From a virus (Duplodnaviria; Caudoviricetes): 59,971 nt of DNA. Both the position numbers and the translations under genes were made by a program. Under the pieces are notes generated by a model. The model worked only from the letters and a program-made list of their open reading frames with translations. It was not told the DNA's origin and ran no database searches. The stretch is from positions 1 to 59,971 of the IMG/VR virus record IMGVR_UViG_3300025769_000114. One strand, given 5' to 3'. Below, in pieces: positions 44,747 to 54,544 of this stretch. Within the stretch, counting starts at the first letter, position 1; the number at the start of each line of letters is the position of its first letter.

Positions 44747-47220
44747 TGGCCGTAGATCGACCATTGCAGACCCCAACCTCTCTTATGCCGGGGATGGAGG
44801 AAGAAGCACTTGAGATAGAGATCGTTGACCCTGAATCCGTATCTATTGCGGCGGGTGGTGAAACCATTTTTGAGTTTGACGAAGACGATCTAGGCCAAAT
44901 GCAGATACCGCATGACGCCAATCTTGCTGAGTTTATTGAAGATGGCGATCTAAACGCGATTGCAAGTGATCTTGTGGGCGCTTTTCGCGCTGATAAAGAC
45001 AGTCGATCTGATTGGGAGCGATCCTATATCGAAGGGTTAGACCTTCTTGGGCTGAAACATGAGGAAAGAACCACCCCTTGGGATGGCGCTTGTGGTGTTT
45101 TCCACCCTTTGCTGACTGAATCTGTAATTAGATTCCAGTCCCAAGCCATTCAAGAGTTGTTTCCAGCGAGCGGCCCTGTAAAAACATCTATTGTCGGCAA
45201 AATAGATGACGAAAAAGAAAAGCAAGCACACCGAGTTCAAGACTATTTGAACTATATGCTTACTGAAAAGATGACCGAGTACCGTTCTGAGACAGAGCGG
45301 ATGCTTTTTTCTCTGCCTTTGGCGGGTAGCGCGTTTAGAAAAGTGTATTTTGACCCCTCAATGGGCCGCCCTTGCAGCATGTTTGTGCCTGCGGAGGAGT
45401 TTGTTGTCAGTTATGGCGCTTCTGATCTAGAAACTTGTGAGCGTGCGACTCACATAATGAAAAAAACCAGCAATGAAATCCGAAAATTGCAGATTTCCGG
45501 GTTTTATGCAGACGTTGACTTGGGCGAACCGTCTCCATCGTCAACAGATTCAGACAGAATCAAAGACAAATACAACGAATTAACGGGTGATGAGCCAAGT
45601 TACGACAGTGACAGCAGGCATACCCTCCTTGAGATGATGGTTGATCTTGATCTTGAGGGTTTTGAGGACATGGAGGGTGGAGAGCCTACGGGAATCGCCC
45701 TGCCATACGTCGTTACAATAGATTTATCGTCTAGAACCGTCCTTTCAATCAGAAGAAACTGGTATGAAGAGGATGAGCGTAAGCTGAAGCGCCAGCATTT
45801 TGTGCATTATCAGTATATGCCGGGGCTTGGGTTCTACGGGTTCGGTTTAATTCACATGATTGGCGGGTTGGCTAAGTCTGCAACGTCTTTGTTGCGCCAA
45901 CTTGTGGACGCTGGCACGTTAGCAAACCTTCCGGGCGGCTTAAAATCTAGAGGATTGCGGATTAAAGGCGATGACACGCCAATTATGCCGGGAGAGTTCC
46001 GAGATGTGGACGTTCCGGGCGGCACAATCCAAGATAATATCCGATTTTTGCCCTACAAAGAGCCAAGCACGGTGTTGTATCAGCTTATGGGCGATATTGT
46101 AGAGGAAGGACGCCGTTTTGCCTCGGCTGCTGACGTAAAAGCGGCAGATATGAACGCAGAAGCGCCTGTCGGCACCACATTGGCGATCATGGAACGGTCA
46201 ATGAAGGTGATGAGCGCGGTTCAAGCGCGGTTACACGCCTCTATGCGTACTGAGCTACGGCTTTTGTCGAATGTAGTAAAGGACTTTGGCCCTCAAGAGT
46301 ACCCATACGACGAAGAAGGCCCAGCGTTAACACGCGAAGATTTTGATGACCGTGTGGACATCATACCTGTCAGTGATCCAAACGCAGGAACGATGGCTCA
46401 AAGGATTATGCAGTATCAGGCTGCGCTTCAGTTGGCTCAACAATCGCCTGATATGTACGATATGCCGCTCCTGCACAGGCAGATGCTTGAGATACTGAAC
46501 ATTAGGGATGCAGACAAGATTGTGCCTGTAGAGGGCGATATGCAGCCTACAGACCCAGTTTCAGAGAACATGAACATAATTAACGGCGAACCCCTTAAGG
46601 CGTTTATCTACCAAGACCATGAGGCGCATATACTGGCCCACAAGTCTTTAATAGAAGACCCCAAGATTATGGAGATCATGTCAAAGAGTCCCAATGCCAA
46701 GCAGGCAGGGGCTTCTCTCGCTGCACACATACAAGAACACTTGGCGTTCCAATACAGGATGGAGATCGAAAAGCAGCTTGGTGTTGAGTTGCCGCCGCCT
46801 GATACCCCATTACCGGAAGATATTGAGTATCGTATATCTAGACTGGTGGCTCCTGCGGCTGAACAGCTTACAGGTAGAAACCAGCAAGAGGCACAAGCCA
46901 AGCAAGCGCAACAGCAAGCGCAAGATCCTATCGTGCAAATGCAGCAGAAAGAACTACAGATCAAAGAGTTGCAAGCGCAAACCAAGGCGCAAGCCGAAAT
47001 GGCTAAAATACAGCTTGATATGCAGAAAGCTGCGGACAACTCTCAGATACAAAGACAGAGACTTGATCAGGAAAACCGCATAGCTCAAGCCAAGCTTGCG
47101 GCAAGTATCTCTGAAAACAACTCACGCGAAGAATTAGAACAGCGGCGCATTACATCCAAGGAACAGCTAGAAGGCTTTAAGATTGGACAAGAAATAGCTA
47201 AGGACTTGCAGGGTGAATAG
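44746..47220 (+). CDS. Portal protein
   Basis: Follows terL; SR.DWE, HPLL.E..RFQ, GSAFRKVY, GFYGFGL, DAGTL.NLP.G, Gln-rich barrel tail. Confidence 0.92.
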   Translation: MAVDRPLQTPTSLMPGMEEEALEIEIVDPESVSIAAGGETIFEFDEDDLGQMQIPHDANLAEFIEDGDLNAIASDLVGAFRADKDSRSDWERSYIEGLDLLGLKHEERTTPWDGACGVFHPLLTESVIRFQSQAIQELFPASGPVKTSIVGKIDDEKEKQAHRVQDYLNYMLTEKMTEYRSETERMLFSLPLAGSAFRKVYFDPSMGRPCSMFVPAEEFVVSYGASDLETCERATHIMKKTSNEIRKLQISGFYADVDLGEPSPSSTDSDRIKDKYNELTGDEPSYDSDSRHTLLEMMVDLDLEGFEDMEGGEPTGIALPYVVTIDLSSRTVLSIRRNWYEEDERKLKRQHFVHYQYMPGLGFYGFGLIHMIGGLAKSATSLLRQLVDAGTLANLPGGLKSRGLRIKGDDTPIMPGEFRDVDVPGGTIQDNIRFLPYKEPSTVLYQLMGDIVEEGRRFASAADVKAADMNAEAPVGTTLAIMERSMKVMSAVQARLHASMRTELRLLSNVVKDFGPQEYPYDEEGPALTREDFDDRVDIIPVSDPNAGTMAQRIMQYQAALQLAQQSPDMYDMPLLHRQMLEILNIRDADKIVPVEGDMQPTDPVSENMNIINGEPLKAFIYQDHEAHILAHKSLIEDPKIMEIMSKSPNAKQAGASLAAHIQEHLAFQYRMEIEKQLGVELPPPDTPLPEDIEYRISRLVAPAAEQLTGRNQQEAQAKQAQQQAQDPIVQMQQKELQIKELQAQTKAQAEMAKIQLDMQKAADNSQIQRQRLDQENRIAQAKLAASISENNSREELEQRRITSKEQLEGFKIGQEIAKDLQGE

Positions 47221-47422
47221 TGTATCCTCTGTGAACAGCTTTGAGTATTACAGGCAAGCATTGCGTAATCAGATGAACGAGTACGCAGACCACATTAGTG
47301 GTGGCGCGTGTAAAGATTATAGTGAATACTCAAAATGTGTCGGAATCATTGAAGGCTTAGCAATAGCGGAGCGAGAGCTTCTGGATATGCAGGCTAAAGC
47401 TGAGGAAGATTACTCCGCATAA
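47213..47422 (+). CDS. Small conserved protein following the portal
   Basis: DYSEY...VG.IEGL..AE motif. Confidence 0.75.
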   Translation: MNSVSSVNSFEYYRQALRNQMNEYADHISGGACKDYSEYSKCVGIIEGLAIAERELLDMQAKAEEDYSA

Positions 47423-47470
47423 GCGGTGCAAGCGACTCTGGACGCTTTTTTCCAGTGCAAAGGAAAACTA

Positions 47471-47866
47471 ATGAGCGAATCATTAGCAATAAACGATGAC
47501 GCGAGTTCGCAAGAAGACGAACAGTCACGCAAAGCAAAGCAATTGCCTCAACCGAGAGGCTATAAAATACTTATTGCTTTACCTGAACCCGAAGAGAAGA
47601 CGGCTGGTGGCATAATCAAAGCCACTGAAACGCTGCACAATGAAGAAATAGGGTCAATTGTAGGCATGGTCTTGGCTTTAGGCCCGGACGCTTACAGCGA
47701 CTCACAGCGATTCCCGTCTGGCCCATCCTGTAAGGAGGGTGACTTCATATTAATGCGGTCTTATTCTGGAACCAGATTTAAGGTTCACGACAAAGAGTTC
47801 CGCTTGATTAACGACGATAGTGTTGAAGCTGTTGTAGAAGATCCACGGGGGATTGTGAAGGTATGA
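47471..47866 (+). CDS. groES: GroES-like co-chaperonin
   Basis: P.GYKILI..PE.EEKTAGGII...VLALGPDAY...GDF....YSG......EFRLINDD.V.AVV. Confidence 0.88.
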   Translation: MSESLAINDDASSQEDEQSRKAKQLPQPRGYKILIALPEPEEKTAGGIIKATETLHNEEIGSIVGMVLALGPDAYSDSQRFPSGPSCKEGDFILMRSYSGTRFKVHDKEFRLINDDSVEAVVEDPRGIVKV

Positions 47867-48915
47867 GTGAAATGCAAGAAGCGGTGGAGACTCAAGAGTC
47901 CTCTGCCGAAGAGAAGTTTTTTGGTGTCAAGACAACTATTGGCCGATCTCAAGATAACGAAGAGGCTGATTCTGGTTCGGATTTAGAGCTAGAGATTGTT
48001 GATGACCGCCCGGAAGAAGATCGTCGCGCACCCAAAGTAGAGTCATCTGCTGATGATTCCGATGACGATGAGCTTTCAGGTTACAGTGAGCGTGTACAAA
48101 AACGTATAAACAAGCTTCGATACGAGCAAAACGAAGAGCGCAGGCAACGCGAAGCGGCTGAGCGCCTAAGAGAAGAAGCTGTAAGTTACGCTCAAGCAGT
48201 TACCGCAAAGAACAAAGAATACGAATCTTTGATAAATCGCGGTGAAGCAGCGTTGATAAGCCAGATAAAAGATAAGGCTCAGTTGGCCCTTGAGACTGCA
48301 AGAGAGCAGTACAAGAAGGCTTACGAAGAGGGCGACACAGATAATGTTGTTGCTGCCCAAGAAAATCTTATGAGGGCGCAATCAGAACTTACCGAAGCAG
48401 GTAAGTACGAGCAGGCGTTAGCTAAAAAGCCTGTTAGTGTGCCGGAAGATGCGTACCAACAGCAGGTTTATCAACAGCAACTAGCAAGGGAGCAACAGTT
48501 TGCCCAGCAGCAAGCTCAGCCACAGGTTGAGCCGCAAGCTCAAGAGTGGGCGAGAAACAACCCTTGGTTTATGCGCGATGGTTATGAAGAAATGACCAGC
48601 ACCGCATATGGTGTTCATACAGCTTTAGTTAAAAAAGGTGTGGCACCTAACTCAACGGAATACTTTGAAACCATAGACGCTACCATGCGTCAACGGTATC
48701 CAGACTTTGACTGGCAGGATTCAAGCGATACAGATGGCCGTAGCGCGTCCGTGACTGCTAGTCAGCCTTCGTCGGTGGTGGCACCCTCCTCTAGGAGTAA
48801 CGGTGCTAAACCGCGCAAAATACGGTTAACGGCCAGCCAGATTGCTCTCGCCAAGCGTATCGGGCTTACCAATGAACAGTACGCAATGCAGCTCATCAAG
48901 GAGGGCAAACAGTGA
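47863..48915 (+). CDS. Capsid scaffolding protein
   Basis: Acidic N-terminus, VQKRINKL coiled coil, W...NPWF, C-terminal LT.SQ..LAKRIGL..EQYA. Confidence 0.8.
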   Translation: MSEMQEAVETQESSAEEKFFGVKTTIGRSQDNEEADSGSDLELEIVDDRPEEDRRAPKVESSADDSDDDELSGYSERVQKRINKLRYEQNEERRQREAAERLREEAVSYAQAVTAKNKEYESLINRGEAALISQIKDKAQLALETAREQYKKAYEEGDTDNVVAAQENLMRAQSELTEAGKYEQALAKKPVSVPEDAYQQQVYQQQLAREQQFAQQQAQPQVEPQAQEWARNNPWFMRDGYEEMTSTAYGVHTALVKKGVAPNSTEYFETIDATMRQRYPDFDWQDSSDTDGRSASVTASQPSSVVAPSSRSNGAKPRKIRLTASQIALAKRIGLTNEQYAMQLIKEGKQ

Positions 48916-49367
48916 CTGAAGAGCGCACCCCAAGAGAAAACGAGACGCGAGAAGCGTCTGCAAGACCTAGTGATTCATGGATTCCAGCTTCCATCCTGCC
49001 TGACCCGAAGCCTCAAGATGGCTGGGTTTTTCGGTGGGTTAGAACTAAAACCCTTGGTGAATCAGATAATGTTCATGTGTCTAGAATGTTTCGGGAAGGT
49101 TGGACGCCTGTAAAGGCAGAGGATCATCCTGAGCTTATGCTTTCCTCTGATATTGGATCTCAGTTTGAGGGCAATATAGAGGTTGGCGGTTTGCTTCTAT
49201 GCAAGGCTGACAAGGCCAGAATGGATGCTCGTACTAAGCACTTTGAACAGGTAGCTGATAATCAAATGCAATCCGTGGACAATAATTTCTTGCGCGAAAA
49301 CGACCCTCGTATGCCGCTGCTCAATCCAGAGCGAAGCACACGGGTGTCTTCATTTGGTAAGGACTAA
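48912..49367 (+). CDS. Conserved head-morphogenesis protein
   Basis: FRWVR...REGW.PV...VGGLLL; lies between scaffold and capsid genes. Confidence 0.7.
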   Translation: MTEERTPRENETREASARPSDSWIPASILPDPKPQDGWVFRWVRTKTLGESDNVHVSRMFREGWTPVKAEDHPELMLSSDIGSQFEGNIEVGGLLLCKADKARMDARTKHFEQVADNQMQSVDNNFLRENDPRMPLLNPERSTRVSSFGKD

Positions 49368-49408
49368 CCTCTGGCAAGGGGTTGGTTGATTAACTTGAGG
49401 AGGCCACT

Positions 49409-49996
49409 ATGGCTACCGTTGCAACCCCTATGGGTGCTGAACCAGTTGATACCTTAAGTGCGAGCGGCTCGTTTACGGGCAAGGTTCGTCACATTAAGAT
49501 CGCCAACGCTTATGGAACTGCTATTTTTTATGGCGATTTCGTAAAGTTGGTTGCTGCTGGCACCGTTGAAAAAGCCGCTGTAACAACCTCTGTTGTTGCT
49601 GGCACCGTTGGCATCTTTGTAGGCTGCGCTTACACTGATCCCAGCACAAACCAGATGACATTTAACCAACAATTCCCAGCATCAACTGCTGCTGACGACA
49701 TTGTTGCTTATGTCGTTGACGATCCTAAGTTGTTGTTCCGTATGCAAGGTGACGAATCTATTGCTCAAACCGGATTAGGAAACAACATCTCAGCAGTTAA
49801 CACTGCGGGATCAACCTCCATCGGACGAAGCAAGAACGCCCTAGACGGCGGCTCTATCGCTACGACCAATACATTACCACTGCGTGTCGTTGATTTCGTA
49901 GATGGCCCAACCAGCACTGTAGGTGATGCATTCACAGATTGTATCGTTACCTACTTGCCTTTGAGCCACGCTTACGAAACCAAGCTCGGCGTTTAA
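49409..49996 (+). CDS. Capsid decoration/cement protein
   Basis: AIFYGD.V, VGIFVGC.Y.DP, AYVVDDP; GAGGAGG SD. Confidence 0.7.
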   Translation: MATVATPMGAEPVDTLSASGSFTGKVRHIKIANAYGTAIFYGDFVKLVAAGTVEKAAVTTSVVAGTVGIFVGCAYTDPSTNQMTFNQQFPASTAADDIVAYVVDDPKLLFRMQGDESIAQTGLGNNISAVNTAGSTSIGRSKNALDGGSIATTNTLPLRVVDFVDGPTSTVGDAFTDCIVTYLPLSHAYETKLGV

Positions 49997-50009
49997 GGAG
50001 AACTAGGCA

Positions 50010-50918
50010 ATGGCAATTTCAAGAGCGCAAATGCTTAAAGAACTCCTGCCGGGGCTTAACGCCTTATTTGGTTTGGAGTACGAAAAATACGAAGACGAAC
50101 ACACTCTCATTTATGAGACTGAAAGTTCTGATCGTTCTTTTGAGGAAGAAGTGAAGTTGAGCGGCTTTGGTGCTGCTCCCGTTAAAGCTGAGGGTTCTGC
50201 AATCTCTTACGATTCAGCGCAAGAAAGCTATACGGCTCGCTATAATCACGAGACGATTGCGATGGGCTTCGCCATCACCGAGGAAGCGATGGAAGACAAT
50301 CTTTACGATTCTCTTTCTGCTCGCTACACCAAAGCTTTGGCACGGGCTATGGCCTATACCAAGCAAGTTAAAGCAGCGAATCCGCTTAACAATGGTTTCA
50401 CCAGCTTCCAATCTGGAGATGGTGTTACGTTGTTCAACGCTTCGCACCCATTAGTTAACGGTGGAACAAACTCTAACCGTCCATCTACTGGTGCTGACTT
50501 GAACGAAACATCGCTTGAGCAAGCAATCATTGAGATTGCAGCGTTCACCGATGAGCGTGGTCTGCTTATCGCAGCCCGTCCTCGTAGCTTGGTTGTTCCT
50601 CCTGCACTGATGTTTACAGCAGATCGTCTGCTTGAAACCACTCAGCGCGTTGGTACTGCTGACAACGACATCAACGCTATCCGCAATATGGGTGCAATCC
50701 CCGGCGGATATGCTGTTAATCACTATTTGACTGACAGCAATGCCTTCTTCATCATGACTGATGTACCGAATGGCATGAAGATGTTTGAGCGTACCGCTCT
50801 AGAAACGAGCATGGACGGAGACTTCGATACGGGTAACGTGAGATATAAAGCTCGCGAACGCTATTCCTTCGGGGTAAGCGACCCACTCGGAATTTACGGA
50901 TCTCCCGGCTCTAGCTAG
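50010..50918 (+). CDS. Major capsid protein (HK97 fold)
   Basis: KELLPGLNALFG, S.RSFEE, DGV.LF...HP, LVVPP.L, GNVRYKARERYSFG. Confidence 0.92.
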   Translation: MAISRAQMLKELLPGLNALFGLEYEKYEDEHTLIYETESSDRSFEEEVKLSGFGAAPVKAEGSAISYDSAQESYTARYNHETIAMGFAITEEAMEDNLYDSLSARYTKALARAMAYTKQVKAANPLNNGFTSFQSGDGVTLFNASHPLVNGGTNSNRPSTGADLNETSLEQAIIEIAAFTDERGLLIAARPRSLVVPPALMFTADRLLETTQRVGTADNDINAIRNMGAIPGGYAVNHYLTDSNAFFIMTDVPNGMKMFERTALETSMDGDFDTGNVRYKARERYSFGVSDPLGIYGSPGSS

Positions 50919-50932
50919 AGTGACGTAACTTT

Positions 50933-50967
50933 GAACAGGGCTGCTTTCGAGTGGCCCTTGTTCTTTT
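50933..50967 (+). terminator. Rho-independent terminator after the capsid gene
   Basis: GAACA GGGCTGCT TTCG AGTGGCCC T TGTTC TTTT. Confidence 0.75.
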
Positions 50968-50977
50968 CCTGACTAAT

Positions 50978-50993
50978 TGTTTCACATGAAACA
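50978..50993. promoter_or_regulatory. parS-like palindrome
   Basis: TGTTTCACATGAAACA, 15/16 match to TGTTTCACGTGAAACA. Confidence 0.45.
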
Positions 50994-51021
50994 TTTAGAC
51001 TAACCCAGACAGGAGACTACA

Positions 51022-51528
51022 ATGGGTACTACGACTTTCACGGGTGCAGTTCGTTCTGAAAGCACCTTCAAAACTGTAAGCAAAGACAGCACTTCTGGTG
51101 CTATTACTGAAGTTGCAACTATCGGTGACGGCCCCGTTAGCCTTGCTGATGGCAACGTAACCTTAACTAACGCCACTCACAGCGGACGAATACTGCTGGT
51201 TCCAGATGGCGGACAAGACAACACCTATACCTTACCAGCGCCTATTGCTGGATCTGTGTTTAGGTTTGTTTACGCTGGCGGTGCCGCTGACGCAACTGAT
51301 GCGCTTATCGTTACCCCCGGAAACACTAATTTTTACATTGGTGGTGTTACTTTCCTTGATACTGACAACGAAGTTAGTGCAGTTTTTTCTGATGGCAACT
51401 CAAATAGCAGCATTCAGTTAAACGTACCTGCTGGCTTTGATGTAACGATTATTGGTTTGAACACAACCAATTATCAGATCTTCGGCACTGTTACGGGCGC
51501 AACTGCACCTGCATTTGCTGATCAGTAA
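51022..51528 (+). CDS. Head fibre/decoration protein
   Basis: TTFTGAVRS start; HSGR....TYTLPA; AGGAG SD. Confidence 0.7.
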   Translation: MGTTTFTGAVRSESTFKTVSKDSTSGAITEVATIGDGPVSLADGNVTLTNATHSGRILLVPDGGQDNTYTLPAPIAGSVFRFVYAGGAADATDALIVTPGNTNFYIGGVTFLDTDNEVSAVFSDGNSNSSIQLNVPAGFDVTIIGLNTTNYQIFGTVTGATAPAFADQ

Positions 51529-51540
51529 TAGGAGGTTAGC

Positions 51541-51945
51541 ATGGCCGATGCAGTAGCAACTCAAACCATTGAGGATGGTGGTAGCACCGCCATTTTCAGG
51601 TTTACAAATGTCAGCGATGGCAGTGGCGAAAGCGCGGTCACAAAGATCGACGTATCAGCCCTTACTGCTGACCCTATGACTGGCGCGGCTTGTACCTCTG
51701 TTGTCATCCAGAAGATCTACTACTCATGCATCGGTATGGGCGTAAAGATTTTTTTTGATGCAACTACTGATGTGCTTGCTTGGCAGCTAAACGCGGATTG
51801 GTCTGATACGCTTGATTTCACTGACTTCAGCGGCATTCCAGATACAGAGGCGAGCGGCACTACAGGTGATATTAAATTCACCACAGTAGGTCATTCTAGC
51901 GGCGATGTGTATAACATCGTTATGCAGGTTCGCAAAAGATACTAG
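51541..51945 (+). CDS. Virion structural protein
   Basis: MADAV..QTI.DG, TNVSDGSGESAV.KIDVS.L. Confidence 0.7.
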   Translation: MADAVATQTIEDGGSTAIFRFTNVSDGSGESAVTKIDVSALTADPMTGAACTSVVIQKIYYSCIGMGVKIFFDATTDVLAWQLNADWSDTLDFTDFSGIPDTEASGTTGDIKFTTVGHSSGDVYNIVMQVRKRY

Positions 51946-51953
51946 TAGTAGCT

Positions 51954-52178
51954 GTGGCTAGAAACTACAAAGAAGAATACAAGGATTTCCATTCAAAGCC
52001 TGATCAGAAGAAACGTCGTGCGGGGCGCAACGCTGCAAGACGCAAGATGACTGCGGCTGGCAAGGTTAAGAAGGGTGACGGCAAAGACGTTCACCATAAG
52101 GATGGAAATGCCTTGAACAATAAAAAGAAAAATCTTCGGGTAGAGTCTAGATCAAAGAATAGGGCTAGAAAGAAATGA
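51954..52178 (+). CDS. Small basic HNH-like protein
   Basis: KGDGKDVHHKDGN..NN...NLRV....NR. Confidence 0.75.
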   Translation: MARNYKEEYKDFHSKPDQKKRRAGRNAARRKMTAAGKVKKGDGKDVHHKDGNALNNKKKNLRVESRSKNRARKK

Positions 52179-52507
52179 GCTTAACTGATGCTGAAAAAAA
52201 CAGGCTGAAAAAGGTTGGGCTTACAGGTCTTAACAAGCCTAAAAGAACCCCAAGCCATCCATCCAAAAAGGCTGTTGTTGCAGTGCGTGACGGCAGCAAA
52301 ATGAAGATTATTCGCTTTGGTGACCAGAAGATGGGTCACAACTATAGCGCAGAGGCTCGTAAGAGCTTCAAGGCCAGACACGGCAAGAACATTGCTAAAG
52401 GAAAAACCAGTGCTGCCTATTGGGCAAACAAGGTTTTTTGGAGCGGTAAGGGTGGAAGCAAGAAGTCTCCTCCGAAATCCCAGAAGCAGAAGTTTGGCAA
52501 GAAGTAA
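52175..52507 (+). CDS. Small basic conserved phage protein
   Basis: NKPKRTP.HP.K, IRFG, RKSFKARH, SAAYWA.K..W. Confidence 0.75.
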   Translation: MSLTDAEKNRLKKVGLTGLNKPKRTPSHPSKKAVVAVRDGSKMKIIRFGDQKMGHNYSAEARKSFKARHGKNIAKGKTSAAYWANKVFWSGKGGSKKSPPKSQKQKFGKK

Positions 52508-52605
52508 TGGCTATTAGTCGAGCGCAAATGGGCAAGCAAATAAAGAACGCCCCCGCCAAAAAGAAGCGGGTATCCAAGAAGAAGACAAAGGCTAGGAGGC
52601 CGTAA
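52507..52605 (+). CDS. 32-aa basic peptide with capsid-like N-terminus (absent from ORF track)
   Basis: MAISRAQMGKQIKNAPAKKKRVSKKKTKARRP; TAATG coupling at both ends. Confidence 0.7.
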   Translation: MAISRAQMGKQIKNAPAKKKRVSKKKTKARRP

Positions 52606-53297
52606 TGGCTGTAAGCGGTACATATGCGTTTAACTTAGACCTTTCTGACGCTATGGAAGAGGCGTTTGAACGCGCAGGCCTTGAGCTTCGTAGCGGTTAT
52701 GATTATAGGACTGCTCGCAGAAGCATAAACTTGCTGATGCTTGAGTGGCAAAACCGAGGCCTTAATCTTTGGACGGTCAAGGAAGGGACGCAAGCGTTAA
52801 CCTCTGGGACTTCGGCGTATGCTTTAGATGCAAAGGTTTTTGACATCATAGAGGCGTTTGTTCGCGTCAACGCTGGCAACACCTCTACGCAGCAAGATCA
52901 AACATTGACTAGGATATCTGTAAGCCAGTACGCCCATCTTTCAAACAAGCTTTCTGAAAGCAAACCTTTGCAGTATCAGATCGACAAAGCGCCGTCGCAG
53001 ATCACCGTGAACCTCTGGCCCGTTCCAGACAAATCCACCTATACGCTGGTTTATTATTATTTGGAGCGTATAGACGATGCCGGATCTCCAGCATCAAACA
53101 ACATGGACGTACCTGCTAGGTTCCTTCCCTGCTTGGTTGCTGGTCTTGCGTATCAGTTAACCTTGAAGTTTCCAACGGCAAGTGATCGCTCTGCTGTCTT
53201 GAAAGCCGATTACGAGGAGCAATGGAATCTAGCCGCCGATGCAGACAGGGAGAAGGCCTCTCTGTATGTTGCTCCGTTTATGTCGAGCAGTTTGTAG
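52605..53297 (+). CDS. Head-tail adaptor
   Basis: EEAFER.G...ARRS.NL...EW.NRGLNLW; WPVPD; RFLPCL.AGLAY. Confidence 0.8.
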   Translation: MAVSGTYAFNLDLSDAMEEAFERAGLELRSGYDYRTARRSINLLMLEWQNRGLNLWTVKEGTQALTSGTSAYALDAKVFDIIEAFVRVNAGNTSTQQDQTLTRISVSQYAHLSNKLSESKPLQYQIDKAPSQITVNLWPVPDKSTYTLVYYYLERIDDAGSPASNNMDVPARFLPCLVAGLAYQLTLKFPTASDRSAVLKADYEEQWNLAADADREKASLYVAPFMSSSL

Positions 53298-53298
53298 T

Positions 53299-53616
53299 AT
53301 GAGTGCCTTTGCCAGCGGCAAGCACGCTTTTGGCTTTTGCGACCTAACAGGGTTTAGGTATCCTCTAAAAGACCTTGTTCCGCAAATAGTTAACGGCAGG
53401 CCGACAGGCTTATTGGTTGGTAAAGATGTTAACAGCCCCGACCAGCCTCAGTTAAAGCTCGGACGCATCAGAATGGATGATCCCCAAGCTTTGAGGAACC
53501 CAAGGCCAGATCAGGGCTTGGATGAAAGTAGAATCCTGTCTTCGTTTGATCCAGTGGGTCAGGTTGGATTGGAGATGTTTGGCAGCATTGGCACAGTAAC
53601 AGTGAGTACAGGTTAA
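53299..53616 (+). CDS. Conserved hypothetical protein
   Basis: FASGK.A...CD..GFRY...PQL....DPQAL.NPRPD. Confidence 0.75.
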   Translation: MSAFASGKHAFGFCDLTGFRYPLKDLVPQIVNGRPTGLLVGKDVNSPDQPQLKLGRIRMDDPQALRNPRPDQGLDESRILSSFDPVGQVGLEMFGSIGTVTVSTG

Positions 53617-54254
53617 TGGCTTTTACATTTACAACGCTAAAAAGCGCCATACAAGATTATCTAGAAACGACAGAAACTACTTTCGTTAATGATCTGCCCA
53701 CAATTATTACTCAGGCAGAGGAGCGAATACTCAAGTCGGTTCAGTTGCCAGACTTTAGGAAGAACGCTAACGGCACGACCACTCAGTCAAACCCTTATTT
53801 GTCTGTGCCGTCTGATTTCTTAGCAACGTACTCACTGTCAATAGACAACAGCGGGTATGAGTTCTTGATTAGAAAAGACGTAAACTTTATCCGCGAGGCG
53901 TATCCTGTTGCTTCAACCACAGGTGTGCCGAAGCATTATGCATTATTCAATGAGCAGTCGTTTATTTTAGGGCCAACACCTAATGGCAATTACGCGGCAG
54001 AGATACATTACTTTTACAAGCCTGAGTCAATAACGGTTTCTAGTGACGGCACAAGTTGGCTAGGCACCAATGCTGAAAATGCACTTCTCTACGGTTGCTT
54101 GGTTGAGGCGTATACATTCTTGAAGGGCGAGCCTGATCTTCTTCAGTTGTACTCAACCAGATACAACGAAGCATTAGAAGAGTTGAAGTCTTTGGGCGAA
54201 GGGTATAACACTACAGACAGTTACAGGTCAGGCGCTGTGAGGGCGGCTAGATAA
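53616..54254 (+). CDS. Tail tubular/adaptor protein
   Basis: L..AIQDY.E, I.QAEERI, G.PK.YA, LGPTP, LLYG.LVEA. Confidence 0.8.
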   Translation: MAFTFTTLKSAIQDYLETTETTFVNDLPTIITQAEERILKSVQLPDFRKNANGTTTQSNPYLSVPSDFLATYSLSIDNSGYEFLIRKDVNFIREAYPVASTTGVPKHYALFNEQSFILGPTPNGNYAAEIHYFYKPESITVSSDGTSWLGTNAENALLYGCLVEAYTFLKGEPDLLQLYSTRYNEALEELKSLGEGYNTTDSYRSGAVRAAR

Positions 54255-54544
54255 TGTTGATTCAAGCGCCAACCCTTGAGATAGGTGAGGTTTCTGTTTC
54301 TACCACAAACAACAAGGGCCATAGTCCTGAGTTCTGGGCTGAGTCTGCGGCAAACAGAATTGTAAGTGTTGGTGGTGATTGCCATCCAGTCATAGCAGAG
54401 CAAGCAAGGGCGTTTAAGGAATCAGTCTTAAAGGTTGTTGAGTACTATATTAAGCAGGCAATACAGAGTGACAGAACAACTCTTATTGGTGAGCTTGAAG
54501 CACAAGGCCAGAGTGAAATGGCTGAAATTATTAGGAGATTGTAA
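54254..54544 (+). CDS. Hypothetical protein
   Basis: Coupled; TT..GH.PE..A motif. Confidence 0.7.
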   Translation: MLIQAPTLEIGEVSVSTTNNKGHSPEFWAESAANRIVSVGGDCHPVIAEQARAFKESVLKVVEYYIKQAIQSDRTTLIGELEAQGQSEMAEIIRRL

